Program-made: the position numbers and the translations under genes
Notes under the pieces: generated by a model
Seen by the model: only the letters and a program-made list of their open reading frames with translations
Database searches by the model: none
What the model was told of the DNA's origin: nothing
Shown here: positions 11,420 to 24,633 of the stretch, in pieces
How the letters are laid out: each line of letters opens with the position of its first letter
How positions within the stretch are numbered: the stretch's first letter is position 1
DNA from: Cetorhinus maximus
Lineage: Eukaryota
DNA length: 64,000 nt
Direction: 5' to 3'
Assembly: GCF_964194155.1 (NCBI RefSeq)
Contig: NC_135893.1
Coordinates: forward strand, 22,630,001 to 22,694,000

Positions 11420-12680
11420 ACATCTTCCCAAATTCTATATGTTCTGGAATGGTTCCTGTAGATTGGAAGGTAGCAAATATAACCCCACTATTTAAGAAAG
11501 GAGGGAGAGAGAAAATGGGGAACTACAGACCTGTTAGCCTGACATTCGTAGTAGGGAAAATGCTGGAATGTATAACAAAGGATGTCATAACTGGACACTG
11601 AAAATAATGGTAGGATTGGGCAGCGTCAACATGGATTTATGAAAGGGAAATCATGATTGACCAGCCTGTTAAAGTATTTTGAGGATGTAACTAGCAGAAT
11701 AGATAAGTGGGAACCAGTGGATGTGAAATAAAAACAAAATTCTGGGAAAAACTCAGCAGGTCTGGCAGCATCTGTGGAGAGAGAAACGGAGTTCAAGTTT
11801 TGAGTCTGTTGACTCTTCAGAGCTAAAGAGAAGTAGGAATGGTAGATGTGGTCCATTTAGATTTTCAGAAAGCTTTCAATAATGTTCCACATAGGCTAGT
11901 AAACAAAATTAGAGCACATGAGATGGGGGTAATATACTGACATTGATTGAGAATTAGTTAACAGACAGAACAGAGGAGGAATAAACATGTCATTCTCAGG
12001 TTGGCAGGCTGACAGAATAGTGGGGTACCGCAAGGATCAGTGCTTGGGCTCCATCTATTCTCAATACATATCAATGATTTGGATATGGGGACCAAATGTA
12101 ATATTTCCAAGTTTGCTGATGACAAAATTAGGTGGGAGTGTGAGCTCTGAGGAAGATGCAAAGAGGCTTCAAGGGGACTTAGAAAAGGCTAAGTGAATAG
12201 GCAAAAAAAACGCACCTGGATCATCATGTGCAGTTTTGGTCTCCCCACCCAAGGAAGGAAATACCTCTCATAAAAGAAGTGCAATAAAGGTTTACCAGAC
12301 TGATTCCTGGGATGGCAGCATTGTCCCCTGAGGAGAGATTGAGGAGACTGGGCCTGTATTCTCTACAGTTTGGAAGCATGAGAGGTGATCTCATTGAAGC
12401 ATACAAAATTCTTACAGGGCTCGACAGGGTAGATATGGATAGGATGTTTCCCCTGGCTGGAGGTGGGGAATCGAACCAGGGGACACAGTCTCAGAATAAT
12501 TTGGGACCAGATGAGGAGGACTTTCTTTACTCAGAGGGTGGTGAATCTTTGAAATTCTGTACCCCACAGGGCAGTGGAGGCTCAGTTATTGAGCATGTTT
12601 AAGACTGAGATCTTGATTTCTAGTTACTAAAGACATCAAGAGATATGGGGATAGTGCGGGAAAACGACATTGAGGTAGAA
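11420..12680 (+). mobile_element. Older CR1 LINE (RT fragment) hosting two nested insertions; its 3' tail resumes at about 14016-14085
   Basis: VPVDWKVANITPLFKKG...NYRPVSLT, QHGFMKG, DFQKAF, FADD; frameshifted. Confidence 0.9.
11725..11840 (-). mobile_element. Penelope terminal-repeat-derived short element nested in CR1
   Basis: GAAAAACTCAGCAGGTCTGGCAGCATC shared with 1712-1739; flanked by GTGGATGTG / GTAGATGTG. Confidence 0.75.
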
Positions 12681-12682
12681 GA

Positions 12683-14013
12683 ATACTTGGTATTGGTAAA
12701 GTGCATGGTAAAATCGGGCAAAGTCAGCATGGTTTCATCAAGGGGAGGTCATGTCTGACAAATCTGTTAGAATTCTTTGAGGAGGTAATGAGTAGGTTAG
12801 ACAAAGGAGAGCCAATGGATGTTATCTACTTGGACTTCCAGAAGGCCTTTGACAAGGTGCCACACAGGAGGCTGCTCAGTAAGATAAGAGCCCATGGTGT
12901 TAGAGGCAAGGTACTAGCATGGATAGAAGATTGGCTGTCTGGCAGGAGGCAGAGAGTGGGGATAAGGGGGTCCTTCTCAGGATGGCGGCCGGTGACTAGT
13001 GGAGTTCCGCAGGGGTCAGTGTTGGGAGCACAACTTTTCACTTTATACATTAATGATCTAGATGAAGGAACTGAGGGCATCCTGGATAAGTTTGCAGATG
13101 ATACAAAGATAGGTGGAGGGACAGATAGTATTGAGGAGGTGGGGAGGCTGCAGAAGGATTTGGACAGGTTAGGAGAATGGGCAAGGAAGTGGCAGATGGA
13201 ATACAATGTGGGGAAGTGTGAGGTCATGCACTTTGGTAGGAAGAATAGTGGCATAGACTACTTTCTAAATGGGGAGAGAATTCAGAAATCTGGAGTGCAA
13301 AGGGACTTGGGAGTCCTAGTCCAGGATTCTCTTAAGGTTAACTTGCAGGTTGAGTCGGTAGTTAGGAAGGCAAATGCAATGTTGGCAATTATTTCGAGAG
13401 GACTAGAATATAAAAGCAGGGATGTGCTGCTGAGGCTTTATAAAGCTCTGGTCAGACCACATTTAGAATATTGTGAGCAATTTTGGGCCCTGTATCTCAG
13501 GAAGGATGTTCTGGCCCTGGAGAGGGTCCAGAGGAAGTTCACGACAACGATTCCAGGAATGAAAGGCTTAACATATGAGGAACGTTTGAGGATTCTGGGT
13601 CTATACTCGATGGAGTTTAGAAGGATGAGGGGGGGATCTGATTGAAACTTACAGAATACTGAGAGGCCTGGATAGAGTGGACGTGGGGAAGATGTTTCCA
13701 TTAGTAGGAGAGACTAGGACCCGAGGGCACAGCCTCAGAGTAAAGGGAAGAGCTTTTAGAACAGAGATGAGGAGAAACTTCTTTAGCCAGAAAGTGGTGA
13801 ATCTATGGAATTCATTGCCACAGAAGGCTGTGGAGGCCAGGTCATTGAGTGTATTTAAGACCGAGATAGATAGGTTCTTGATTGGTAAGGGGATCAAAGG
13901 TTACGGGGAGAAGGCGGGAGAATGGGGTTGAGAAACTTATCAGCCATGATTGAATGGCAGAGCAGACTCGATGGGCCGAATGGCCTAATTTCTGCTCCTA
14001 TGTCTTATGGTCT
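12683..14013 (+). mobile_element. Younger 5'-truncated CR1 LINE (RT + 3'UTR), shark HER1-type tail
   Basis: ORF 12701-13645: [37 protein letters not shown]. Frameshift at the G-run near 13630 continues into 13677-13931. Tail GGGCCGAATGGCCT...TATGTCTTATGGTCT. Confidence 0.95.
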
Positions 14014-14311
14014 AAGATCAGTGATAATCTAGTTGAATGGTGGAGCAGGCTTGAGGGGCCGAATGGCCGCCTCCTATTTCCTATTTTAATAGCACCGTGC
14101 GGAGTTAATTGTGGAGCAAAGCAGTAGATCATTTAGGAGCTGGGCAAGACTAAGTGACGTCATTGGGTGGAACAGGATAATGTTCGCAAAGGTGGGGAAC
14201 ATTGAATTTTGAGGTGCGAGGGGGCACAATTTTTGCAGGTTCTTTGGGGATTAGGGTAAGGGTGGAGGGTGATGCAGCTGGAATTTTCCAGCATCTCTGA
14301 AGGTGAGTTAA

Positions 14312-14512
<201 letters not shown>

Positions 14513-14873
14513 TAGAAAGATCTTTGCAAAGTTCTTGTTTCTTTCTCCCCACCCCCACCCCCCCAAAAAAAACCTGGAGCCATAGATTTTAGACATTTTT
14601 ACTTTTATATGTAATGAATTTTACTTCTGTTAAAGTGAGAAATGCTAGTGCTGAGAAATGGAACACATTTCCAATTTTGCAACCTAATATAAGCATCAAA
14701 CACTTTGGTCGGTTATGGAACATATATTAAAATTTGTTAGCATTTATTAAATATATTTGTAAAGCAATCATGAATTGTGCCACAAAGGGACTTTAAAAAG
14801 AACTGTTAAGCGTTTTAAAAGATTGATTCAAAAGAAAGAAAAGTTGACTATAAATACCTCCTTGTTTCCAAAG

Positions 14874-14968
14874 CACACACTGATCATTGCTGATAATGAA
14901 CAACTGCTGAAGGCTCCCACTGTTGTGGGGAAACAACCAAAGAATCCCCTTTTATTTCAGGGAGTTGG
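14874..14968 (+). CDS. ddost: DDOST exon 5
   Basis: [32 protein letters not shown]; donor GG|GTAAGT. Confidence 0.95.
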
Positions 14969-16352
14969 GTAAGTGGGTAAGGTATTTCTTGTTCTTATAC
15001 TCTGTACAGTAAACTTGTAGCAGAACAAAATAATCAATTTGTCGCAAACTTGACCATGAAACGCTGCTCAGTTGTGGCTTGCAGTCTGTGGCCTTTAGAG
15101 TATCTTTCACTCCAATCTGAGTTTGGCAATTTAAGTAAACTTGAGTGAGAAACAAGCTAGTTTCATTGCCCGATAACTGCAAGAACTAGCAGTGCGATGT
15201 CTTTGATATTGTGCACAGTATTGATATTTGCATTTTGTTCCCTAAAGCATGCATGTTCTTTACTTCTAGTAGTTTTGTTTTTCATTAAATTTTGAAACTG
15301 CTGAGTTTCCTTGGAGTGCAAATTGTTTTGCAGGGACAGATGTTGGTTGAGGTTTTGTGATAAGGTCTTGGTGGTATTTGGATGAATACAAGAATAAGTA
15401 GTGATGGAGAAAAAGGTTTAAATTACAGCAACTTTAGTTGGAAATAACAAGGAGAAAGGAGGTTGGCAGCATTCAGGGGGATTTATTCCAATCAACTGCA
15501 GTAAATACTATACGGTTAGTGTAGATGGTTTTGAGGTTAGACATGTTGGAACTTGGGAGCGTCAGAGTAAGGATTGTCCATGAGCAAAGATGGAAAAGGA
15601 AGTGATTTGACCACCAAAAATTATTTAGTCATGTGAAATGTAGCCAGAAGGCTCGTCAAATGATAGAGCACATCTGAGGGTGTTTAAGTGTGAGTTGAAA
15701 CAAGTTGCTGTGTATCCTTCTATACTCAAGTCTTGAAGCCATACTAATGAAGGCAACTGATCAAGAGTGGAATATTTTATATATGGCCTGTGGAAGAAAT
15801 TAGTTTGATAGAATTATTTAAAAAAAAATTTGATACCACTTTATATACGATAGCAGCTGTGGGCTGAATGGCTATTGAGCTTTTAATGCAGCAAAAATTC
15901 CCAGGTGCTTTGCAGTTGATGATCAGACTGGGGAAGGAGAGAAATCAGGGGAGGTGTCAAAAGGCATAGAGGAGCTAGGTATTGAGGAAACTTTAAGGGG
16001 AGGAGGAGATGTAGCAAAGCAGTATGGGGAATTTAGGGATCTTTGCAGAGTGTGGAGGAGAGATAACTGAAGGGTCTGCCAGTAGTGATAAAGTAAGTAG
16101 GAGAACATGTAGTAGGCCAGAGGCAAAAGAATGGAGGTTATGAGCATGGTGTTGGAGGAAGTATAGTACAGGAACCAACTAAGTAACCAAGTAAGTACAC
16201 CAGGGGAGGGGGATGATGCTGTGCTCAGAGCTCAAGAAACAAGCTTGAATGCTGACGTTAACATGTATGTGTATTCACGTCATATTTCAACAAATTATGA
16301 AAGATTTTCTGTGCAGACCAACTTTTTATTTCACTTAAAAACTGCAACTTAG

Positions 16353-16598
<246 letters not shown>

Positions 16599-16734
16599 TG
16601 ACCATTTTTCATTCATGATCCTTATAAGGTGGATATTAGTAAGTTATTTGACTGTGGAACCCAGCCAAGTTCATTCCTCGCATTACCTGATAAGTAACAC
16701 TTTGGGATATTTAAACAAAAAGGATCATGTGATA

Positions 16735-18425
16735 AAGGTCAGAAAGCTAGGAATTCTGCAGCAAGTAACTCTCCTCCTGACTCCCCAAAGCCTGTTTAGT
16801 ATCTACAAGGCAGGAGTGTGGTGGAATACTCTCCGCTTGCCTGGATGAGTGCAGCTCCAACAACACTCAAGAAGCTTGACACCATCCAGGACGAAGCAGC
16901 CCACTTGATTGGCACCCCGTTCACAAACATTCACTCCCTCCACCACCGACGCACAGTGGCAGCAGTGTGTACCATCTACAAGATGCTGCAGGAACTCACC
17001 ATGCTCCTTGGACAGCACCTTCCAAACCCACGACCGCTACCATCTAGGACAGGCTTGTCCAACCTTTTTGCTTGGTGGGCCACATTTGCATATTTTTCTC
17101 AATCAAGGGGCCGATGAGAAAATTTCAGAAAGACAAGGTTTGCCACAACAATAAACTGAATTTCAAAAAAAAGTTGTTTTAAGGAAAGAAGCAATTGCTG
17201 AGCAAAAGTACAGCAATGTCATAGCAATAAATTGTTAATTTAAAAAAGAGTAATCAATGAAAATGACCAGTGTGTGAGAGGGTCAGTGTGTGTCAGGCTC
17301 ACTCCCAGTCCCAAGGTGCTCACTCACTCACCCTCACCTGTTGTTAGTAGGTGCGTGTGTATGTGTTGATGTGTGGTGGTGAGAGTGAGTGAGAAACCTG
17401 GGCGCAAGTGTACAAGTGAAACTGGGCACAACACAGACTCACTTAACCCCCTCCAAACGCTCAGTTTCTCGCACTCACCCCCACACTCTGCCACTCGCAC
17501 TCCTCTCCCGCCCCCAACACGGTCACTCAGTCTTTCGCACTCCCCCCAACACACACACACAGTCATTCACTCATAATCCCCCACACACTCAGATACGCTC
17601 CCTCACTCCCCCCACACACTCTCATACACTCACTCTCCCTCCTCCCCACCCCACACACACTCAGACATGTGCTGTCATTCCCCCAAGCACTCAGACACGC
17701 TCTCTCACTCCCCCCATACTTACACTCTCAGGCATGCTCTCTCACCTCCCCCCACACACACATTCGGGCACACTCTCTCACTCCCACACTCACCATGGCA
17801 TCGTCTCCTTCCTGTGCCGCCAAAACTTTGCCTTTCGTGGGCCCGGTATACCTGGCTCTCTAGGCTTCAGCTCCACCGTTGCTTGGCTCCAGAGGCACCA
17901 GCCCAACTATACCTTTGTTTCCCTCGACCTGGCAGCCCTCAGCATACTCACCATGCCAGTGTTCGCTGCTGTTCCAATCAAAAACTGTTTTTCTCCCTCA
18001 TTTGCTCACTAATGAGCCTATCAGCAGCAAACGTGGGGAGAAATGGCCTGTGATTGGAGGAGCAGCTCCATACAGAACCTTCCATTGAAACTGACCTGTT
18101 TGACTGGAATTTTGAAAACTGACTCAAGGGGCTTTGTGGGCCATATACTTTGGACAATCCTGATCCAGAACAAGGGCATCAAACACATGGAAACACCACC
18201 AGCTGGAAGTTCCCCTCCAAGCCACTCACCATCCTGACTTGGAAATGTATTGCCATTCCTTCACTGTCGCTGGGTCAAAATCCTGAAACTCCCTCCCTAT
18301 CAACACTGTGGATATACCTCATGGGGGTTCAAGAAGGCAACTCACCACTGCCTTCTCAAGGGCAATTAGGGATGGGCAATAAATGCTGGCATAGCCAGCG
18401 ATGCCCACATCCCATGAATGAAATT
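16735..18425 (+). mobile_element. 3' fragment of the CR1/L2-group LINE family seen at 21399-24633, split by a hAT element
   Basis: EYSPLAWMSAAPTTLKKLDTIQD...SLHHRRTVAAVCTIYKM; resumes at 18163 and ends in GGGCAATTAGGGATGGGCAATAAATGCTGG...CCCATGAATGAA. Confidence 0.85.
17050..18162. mobile_element. Non-autonomous hAT (Charlie-like) DNA transposon with a CA-rich interior
   Basis: TIRs CAGGCTTGTCCAA / TTGGACAATCCTG; 8-bp TSD ATCTAGGA / ATCCAGAA (host site ATCTAGAA, the NTCTAGAN preference of Charlie elements). Confidence 0.85.
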
Positions 18426-19128
18426 TTAAAAGCACAGTTCTTAAATTCATCCCTTTCCCAGTTCAAGGGCACTGAGGTAAATTGTCATGCCCCACATGCT
18501 CCCCTGTCTCCGATCAGCTAACTCAGTACAAACTACAGATTGAATGAGGGTTTCTGATTTAATCTTTCTTTTCAGTTCAGCCTTTGTTAATTGATTTAAT
18601 CAAGAGAACTGCAAGAAAGTTCAGTCCTGTTCCATTTTCATTGTACATTTCTTGCCGTATTGAATTTGCTGCCTGCTGGAGTTGTATCTATTTTTACATA
18701 TACGTGTTTTCACCACTGGGTTAATTTCACAACTACATGCTTGTTGTTGAGCTTGAGGAGTGAAAGCGATGAGCATGCTTTGTGCAACATGTTCTGTTGT
18801 GTAGATACTGGGTACTTGAGGGAGACATCTTAAGTGTACATATGGGTACTCTGGTGCATATTGGGCACTCCTTTATGTATATTGCATGTACTATTGGGCA
18901 TATACTGGGTGCTCTAAGCATGCACATGGCCAAACTGCTTTCCATTGGAGTCCTTGTTCAATTAAAACACGTGTGTTGGAGCTGAACGTGCTCAAATACT
19001 ACTGCATGGAATGCATGACAGCCAGTAATTCATCTGTAATAACCGATAGCTAAATGTATATGTATAATAGGAAGGGAAAAGACAACCAGTTTTGTGACAA
19101 ACATCTATATTTTTCCACATTGTGTTAG

Positions 19129-19277
19129 TATCCTCATGGTGTGGGAAAGAACACCTTGCTGATTGCTGGACTCCAGGCCCGGAACAATGCTCGTGTAGTT
19201 TTCAGTGGCTCTATTGATTTCTTCAGTGATGCCTTCTTCAACTCTCCTGTACAGAAAGCTACTCCAGGAGCTGAGAG
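19129..19277 (+). CDS. ddost: DDOST exon 7
   Basis: [50 protein letters not shown]. Confidence 0.95.
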
Positions 19278-19399
19278 GTAAGATGAGGTACCCAAAGTTA
19301 CTTTGCAAGGTATAAGATTTTTCATCAGTAACTTACACTCCTACCAATTCATTGTCACTACATTTCAGAAAGAAAACTTATCATTTAAAAAATAAATTA

Positions 19400-20070
19400 T
19401 TCTTGGGGAATCCAGGCAAGGTCGCATTTATTGTCCCCAAGAAGGTGGTGGTGGCCCTGCTTCTTGAACCATTGCAGTTTTTGTACTCTCTCAATGGCGT
19501 TAGGTAGGGAATACCAGGATTCTGATTCATTGCCAATGAAGCAATGATGATTTATGTCCGGTTTGGATGGACACTTGGAGATGATGGTATTCTAACAGCA
19601 TTGCTGTTCTTCTCTTGGTGTTAGTTGTCACAGATGAGGGAGGTGCAGCTGAAGCATGCTTGAATAGATACTGCATTGGATCCTAAAGATAGTACACACT
19701 GCAGCTACTGGAGGTGGGATTGGATATTGAGCCTGGTGGTAAGGACAGCAATCAAGTGAACTCCTGTACCTTGGACAGTGCTAAGCTTGTTTCAAATTGT
19801 GGCTGTACCAAACCAGGCGCATGGTGTGTATTTCATCGCATTCTTGACTTGAGTGTTGTGGATAAGGAGGCTCTGAGGGGTCAAGAGTTGTGAGCCGCTA
19901 GTTGCAGAGTACCAAGCCTCCTGCGTTGTTGGTGTGGCTGGTCCAGTTCAGCTTTTGGTCAGTCGTGAACCCCAGGATGTTGATGAGGGACTCACTGATG
20001 GTGTCATTAATGGTAATGGAGAGCTGGCTAGGAGTTCTGATGAATGGGTATTACCTGACGCTTGTTGGGC
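19400..20070 (-). mobile_element. Degenerate copy of the same CR1/L2-group LINE 3' region
   Basis: Reverse complement resembles 23880-24630 (GGGGTTCACGACTGACCAAAAGCTGAACTGGACCAGCCAC; TTCAAGAAGCAG). Confidence 0.6.
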
Positions 20071-20109
20071 CAACTCTGGATTTCATGAGCTTTAACTGGA
20101 GGAATTAGA

Positions 20110-20490
20110 GGTCAAACATTGTCTTAATTTTAAAATTCTCAACCTTGTTTTCAAATCCCTCCATGGCCTCCCCCTTTCCTATCTCTCCTGTACTTCCCAC
20201 TTCACAAGAGCCCTCTAATTCTGGTCTCTTGTGCATCCCTGATTTTAACCACAGCATCATTGGTGACCGTCGGTTGCCTAGGCCCCAAGCTTTGGAATAA
20301 CTTCCCTAAAGCTGTCCGCCTCTCTACTTTGCTTCCCTCCTTGAAGACACTCCTTAAAATCTATCTCTTTGACCAAACTTTTGACCTAATATCTCCTTGC
20401 GTGGATCAGTGACATACTATAATTCTCCTGTGCAGCACCTTGGGGTGTTTTATTATGTTAAAGGTGCTATAAAAAATAAGATCTGGTTGT
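20110..20490 (+). mobile_element. L2 LINE 3' end fragment
   Basis: TTTAAAATTCTC...TTCAAATCCCTCCATGGCCT, CTCCTTAAAAxCTAxCTCTTTGACCAA, GGTGCTATA tail typical of L2. Confidence 0.6.
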
Positions 20491-21136
20491 TGAAATGTGA
20501 TTTTTTTTTAACAATATATTGTGGCTTGGTAAGCAAATTTTGCAAAAGGAAACTACTCAATAATAATAAATATTTTTCAGAATAAGATTATGGGAATTGT
20601 GTAGTTGACTTCTTAATCTGGGTGAGCATGTTTTGACCTCAGCATGGTTTTTAATCTCATTTCAGACTGCAGCAGATTTTGCAATGCAATAAAACCTCTT
20701 TCTTCTGCTGACTGCTCAATATCCAGATACTTCTTCCATTCAGCGAAAGCGTGAATGTGGGAATGTGAAATTTTAAAAAAGTAACATCTTTGAACCCAAA
20801 GATTTATTTGAACAGAAGCAGTTGCGCATCTGGGGTGCTGAATGATCAGTCTGATGGCACACTGCCACTCAACACCAATAAGTAGCCATTTTGGGGATAT
20901 CTCTGAAGTTGTGGAGCTGAGATTGAGAATTGGGGACGTAAAGTTTTATAGTTGTAACATTGCTAGATCCAAAGGGGGATAGTCGATCATAATTACAGAG
21001 CATAAAATTTGGACCAAGGTGTGCAGGTCACTGCAATAAACATTCCAGAATTCCTCCCTACTCTGATATGTGAATTTGATATTGGTGTAAGATTATGTTA
21101 GAGTTTGATGTAATATGAACTTTTTCTTGAATTTAG

Positions 21137-21284
21137 ATTCTCAAAAACTGGGAACTATGAGCTGGCAGTGGCACTATCCCGCTGGGTATTCAAAGAGGAA
21201 GGAGTTCTCCGTGTTGGAAAGGTGTCTCACCACCCTGTTGGAGAAATCAAACCGCCAAATGCCTATACCATAACTGACCTGGTG
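21137..21284 (+). CDS. ddost: DDOST exon 8
   Basis: [49 protein letters not shown]; donor GTG|GTAAGT. Confidence 0.95.
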
Positions 21285-21398
21285 GTAAGTACAAATGAAA
21301 CTCATACTAATTGTTAGAACTTTTCGTGGATATTTTAGGAGATATTTTGAATTAAATAATTATGCGGTGGGGACTTGTGGCAGCTGAAGAGGCTTAAA

Positions 21399-24300
21399 GG
21401 GGAGCAAAGGCATAGTGGTATTGTCACTGGACAAGTAATCCAGAGACCCAGGGTAATGCTCTGGGGACCCGGGTTCGAATCCCACCACGACATATGGTGG
21501 AATTTGAATTAAATAAAAACCTGGAATTAAAAGTCTAACGTCGATTGTTGTAAAAACTCATCTGGTTCACTAATGTCCTTTAGGGAAGGAAATCTGTCGT
21601 CCTTACCTGGCCTGGCCTACACGTGACTCATGGTTGACTCTTAAATGCCCTCTGAAATGGCCTAGCAAGCCACTCTGTTGTAACAAACCGCTACAAAGTC
21701 ACAGAAAAGGATGAAACCGGATGGATCACCCTGTATCGACCTAGGCACCGGGAACAACAACGGCAATCTCAGCCATGTCGACTCTGCAAAGTCCTCCTTA
21801 CTAACATCTGGGGGTTAGTGCCAAAATTGGGAGAGCTGTCTCATAGACTAGTCAAGCAACAGCCTGACATAGTCACTCTCACAGAATCACACCTTACAGA
21901 TAATGTCCTAGACTCCTCCACCACCACCACCACCATCTCTGGGTATGTCCTGTCCCATCGGCAGGACAGGCCCAGCAGAGGTGGTGGTATACAGTCGGGA
22001 GGGAGTTGCCCTGAGAGTCCTCAACATCGACTCTGGACCCCATGAAGTCTCATGGCATGAAATCAAATATGGGCAAGGAAACCTGCCGATTACCACGTAC
22101 TGCCCTCCCTCAGCTAATGAATCAGTGCTCCTCAATTTTGAACACCACGGAGGAAACACTGAGGGTGGCAAGGCTGCAGAATGTTCTCTGGGTGGGGGAC
22201 TACAATGTTCATCACCGAGTGGCTTGGTAGAACCACTACTGACAAGCTGGCTGTGTCCTAAATGACATCGCTACTAGACTGGGTCTGCGGTAGATGGTGA
22301 GGGAATCAACAAGAGAGAAAAACATATTGATCTCATCCTCACCAACCTGCCTGTCACAGATGCATCTGTCCATGACAGTATCGGTAAGAGTGGCCATCGC
22401 ACAGTCGTTGTGGAGACGAACTCCCACCTTCACATTGAGGATACTCTCCATCGTGTTGTGTGGCACAACCACTGTGCTAAATGGGATAGATTTCGAACAG
22501 ATCTAGCAACTCGAGACTGGGCATTCATGAGGCACTGTGGGCCATCAGCAGCAGCAGAATTGTACTCGAACACAATCTGTAACCTTGTGGTCCGGCATAT
22601 TCCCCACTCCACCATTACCATTAAGCCAGGGGATCAACCCTGGTTCAATGAAGAGTGCAGGAGGGCATACTAGGAGCAGCACCAGGCGTACCTAAAAATG
22701 AGGTGTCAACCTGGTGAAGCTATAATACAGGACTACTTGTGTGCCAAACAGCATAAGCAGCAAGTGATAGAGCTCAGCGATCCCACAATCAACGGACCAG
22801 ATCTAAGCTCGGCAGTACAGCACATCCAGCCGTGAATGGTGGTGGACAATTAAACAATTCACTGGAGGAGGAGGAGGAGGCTCCACAAATATCCCCATCT
22901 TCAATGATGGAGGAACTGAGCACATCAGTGCAAAAGTTAAGGCTGAAGCATTTGCTACGATCTTCAGCCAGAGGTGCCTAGTGGATGATCTATCTCAGCT
23001 TCCTCCAGAGGCCCCCAGCATCACAGATGCCAGTCTTCAACCAGTTAGATTCACTTCGTGATATCAAGAAACGGCTGAAAGCACTGATACTGCAAAGGCT
23101 ATGGTCCCTGACAATATTCCAGCAAGAGTACTGAAGACTTGTGCTCCAGAACTTGCCACACCCGTAGCCAAGCTGTTCCAGTACAGCTACAAGACTGACA
23201 TCGAACTGGCTATTTGGAAAATTGCTCAGGTATGTCATGTAAACAAAATGCAGGGCAAATCCAATCCGGCCAATTACCGCCCTATCAATCCATTCTCGAT
23301 CAGCAGTAAAGTATTGGAATGGGTCATCAACAGTGCTATCAAGCAACATTTGCTTAGCAATAACATGCTCACCAACGCCCAGTTTGGGTTCCGCCAGGGC
23401 CACTCAGCTCCTGATCTCATTACAACCTTGGTTCAAACATGGACAAAAGATCTGAACTCCTGAGGTGAGGTGAGAGTGACTGCCCTTGACATTAAGGCTG
23501 CATTTGACTAAGTGTGGAATCAAGGAGCCCTAGCAAAACTGGAGTCAATGGGAATCGGGGAAAACTCTCCACTGGTTGGAGTGATACCTAGCACAAAGGA
23601 AGATGGTTGTGGTTGTTGGTCAGTCGTCTCAGCTCCAGGACATCACTGCAGGAGTCCCTCAGGATAGTGTCCTTTGCCCAACCATCTTCAGCTGCTTCAT
23701 CAATGACCTTCCTTCCATCATAAGGTCAGAAATGGGGATGTTCACTGATGATTGCACAATGTTCAGCACCATTCGCGACTCCTCAGATACTGAAGCAGTC
23801 CATGTCCAAATGCAGCAAGACCTGAACAATATCCAGGCTTGGGCTGACAAGTGGCAAGTAACATTCGTGCCACACAAGTGTCAGGCAATGACCATCTCCA
23901 ACAAGAGATAATCCAGTCATCACTCCTTGATGTTCAATGGCATTACCATCACTGAATCTCCCACTATCACCATCCTGAGGGTTACTATTGACCAGAAACT
24001 GAACTGGACTAGCCCTATAAATACTGTGGCTACAAGAGCAGGTCAGAGGCTAGGGATTTTGTGACTAGTAACTCACCTCCTGACTCCTGAAAGCCTGTCC
24101 TCCATCTACAAGGTGCAACTCAGGAGTGTGATGGAATATTCTTGACTTGCCTGGATGAGTGCAGCTCCCACAACACTCAAGAAGCTTGACACCATCCAGG
24201 ACAAAGCAGCCCACTTGATTGGCACCCCATCCACAAACCTTCACTTCCTCCATCTCTGACACACAGTAGCAGCAGTGTATACCATCTACAAGATGGACTG

Positions 24301-24633
24301 CAGGAATTCACCAAGGCTCCTTCGACAGCACCTTCCAATCCCACGACCACTACCATCTAGAAGGACAGTACAAGGGGCAGCAGATTAATGGGAACACCAC
24401 CACCTGGAAGTTCCCATCCAAGTCACACCATCCTGACTTGGAAATATATCGCTGTTCCTTCACTGTTGCTGAGTCAAAATCCTGGAACTCCCTTCTTAAC
24501 AACACTGTGGGCGTACCTACACAACATCGACTGCAGCAGTTCAAGAAGGCAGCTCACCACCACCTTCTCAAGGGCAACTAGGGGTGGGTGACAAATGCTG
24601 GCCCAGCCAGCGAAGCCCATAATCCCATGAATG
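21399..24633 (+). mobile_element. Apparently full-length, decayed CR1/L2-group LINE with a tRNA-derived 5' head, APE endonuclease and RT, no ORF1
   Basis: A box GGCATAGTGG 21409-21418, B box GGTTCGAATCC 21472-21482. EN motifs NIWGL..KLGEL...PDIVTLTESHL, GDYNVH. RT motifs PDNIPARVLK, NYRPI, QFGFRQG, GVPQDSVLCP, MFTDD. Multiple stops and frameshifts. Confidence 0.88.

Noticed and set aside
17389-18012. 207-aa His/Thr/Pro-rich ORF
   Set aside because: Translation of CA-rich simple sequence inside a non-autonomous hAT element.
21405-21490. tRNA gene (also considered at 639-722)
   Set aside because: A/B boxes are present but there is no cloverleaf or terminator; at 21405 the sequence continues into a repeat body.
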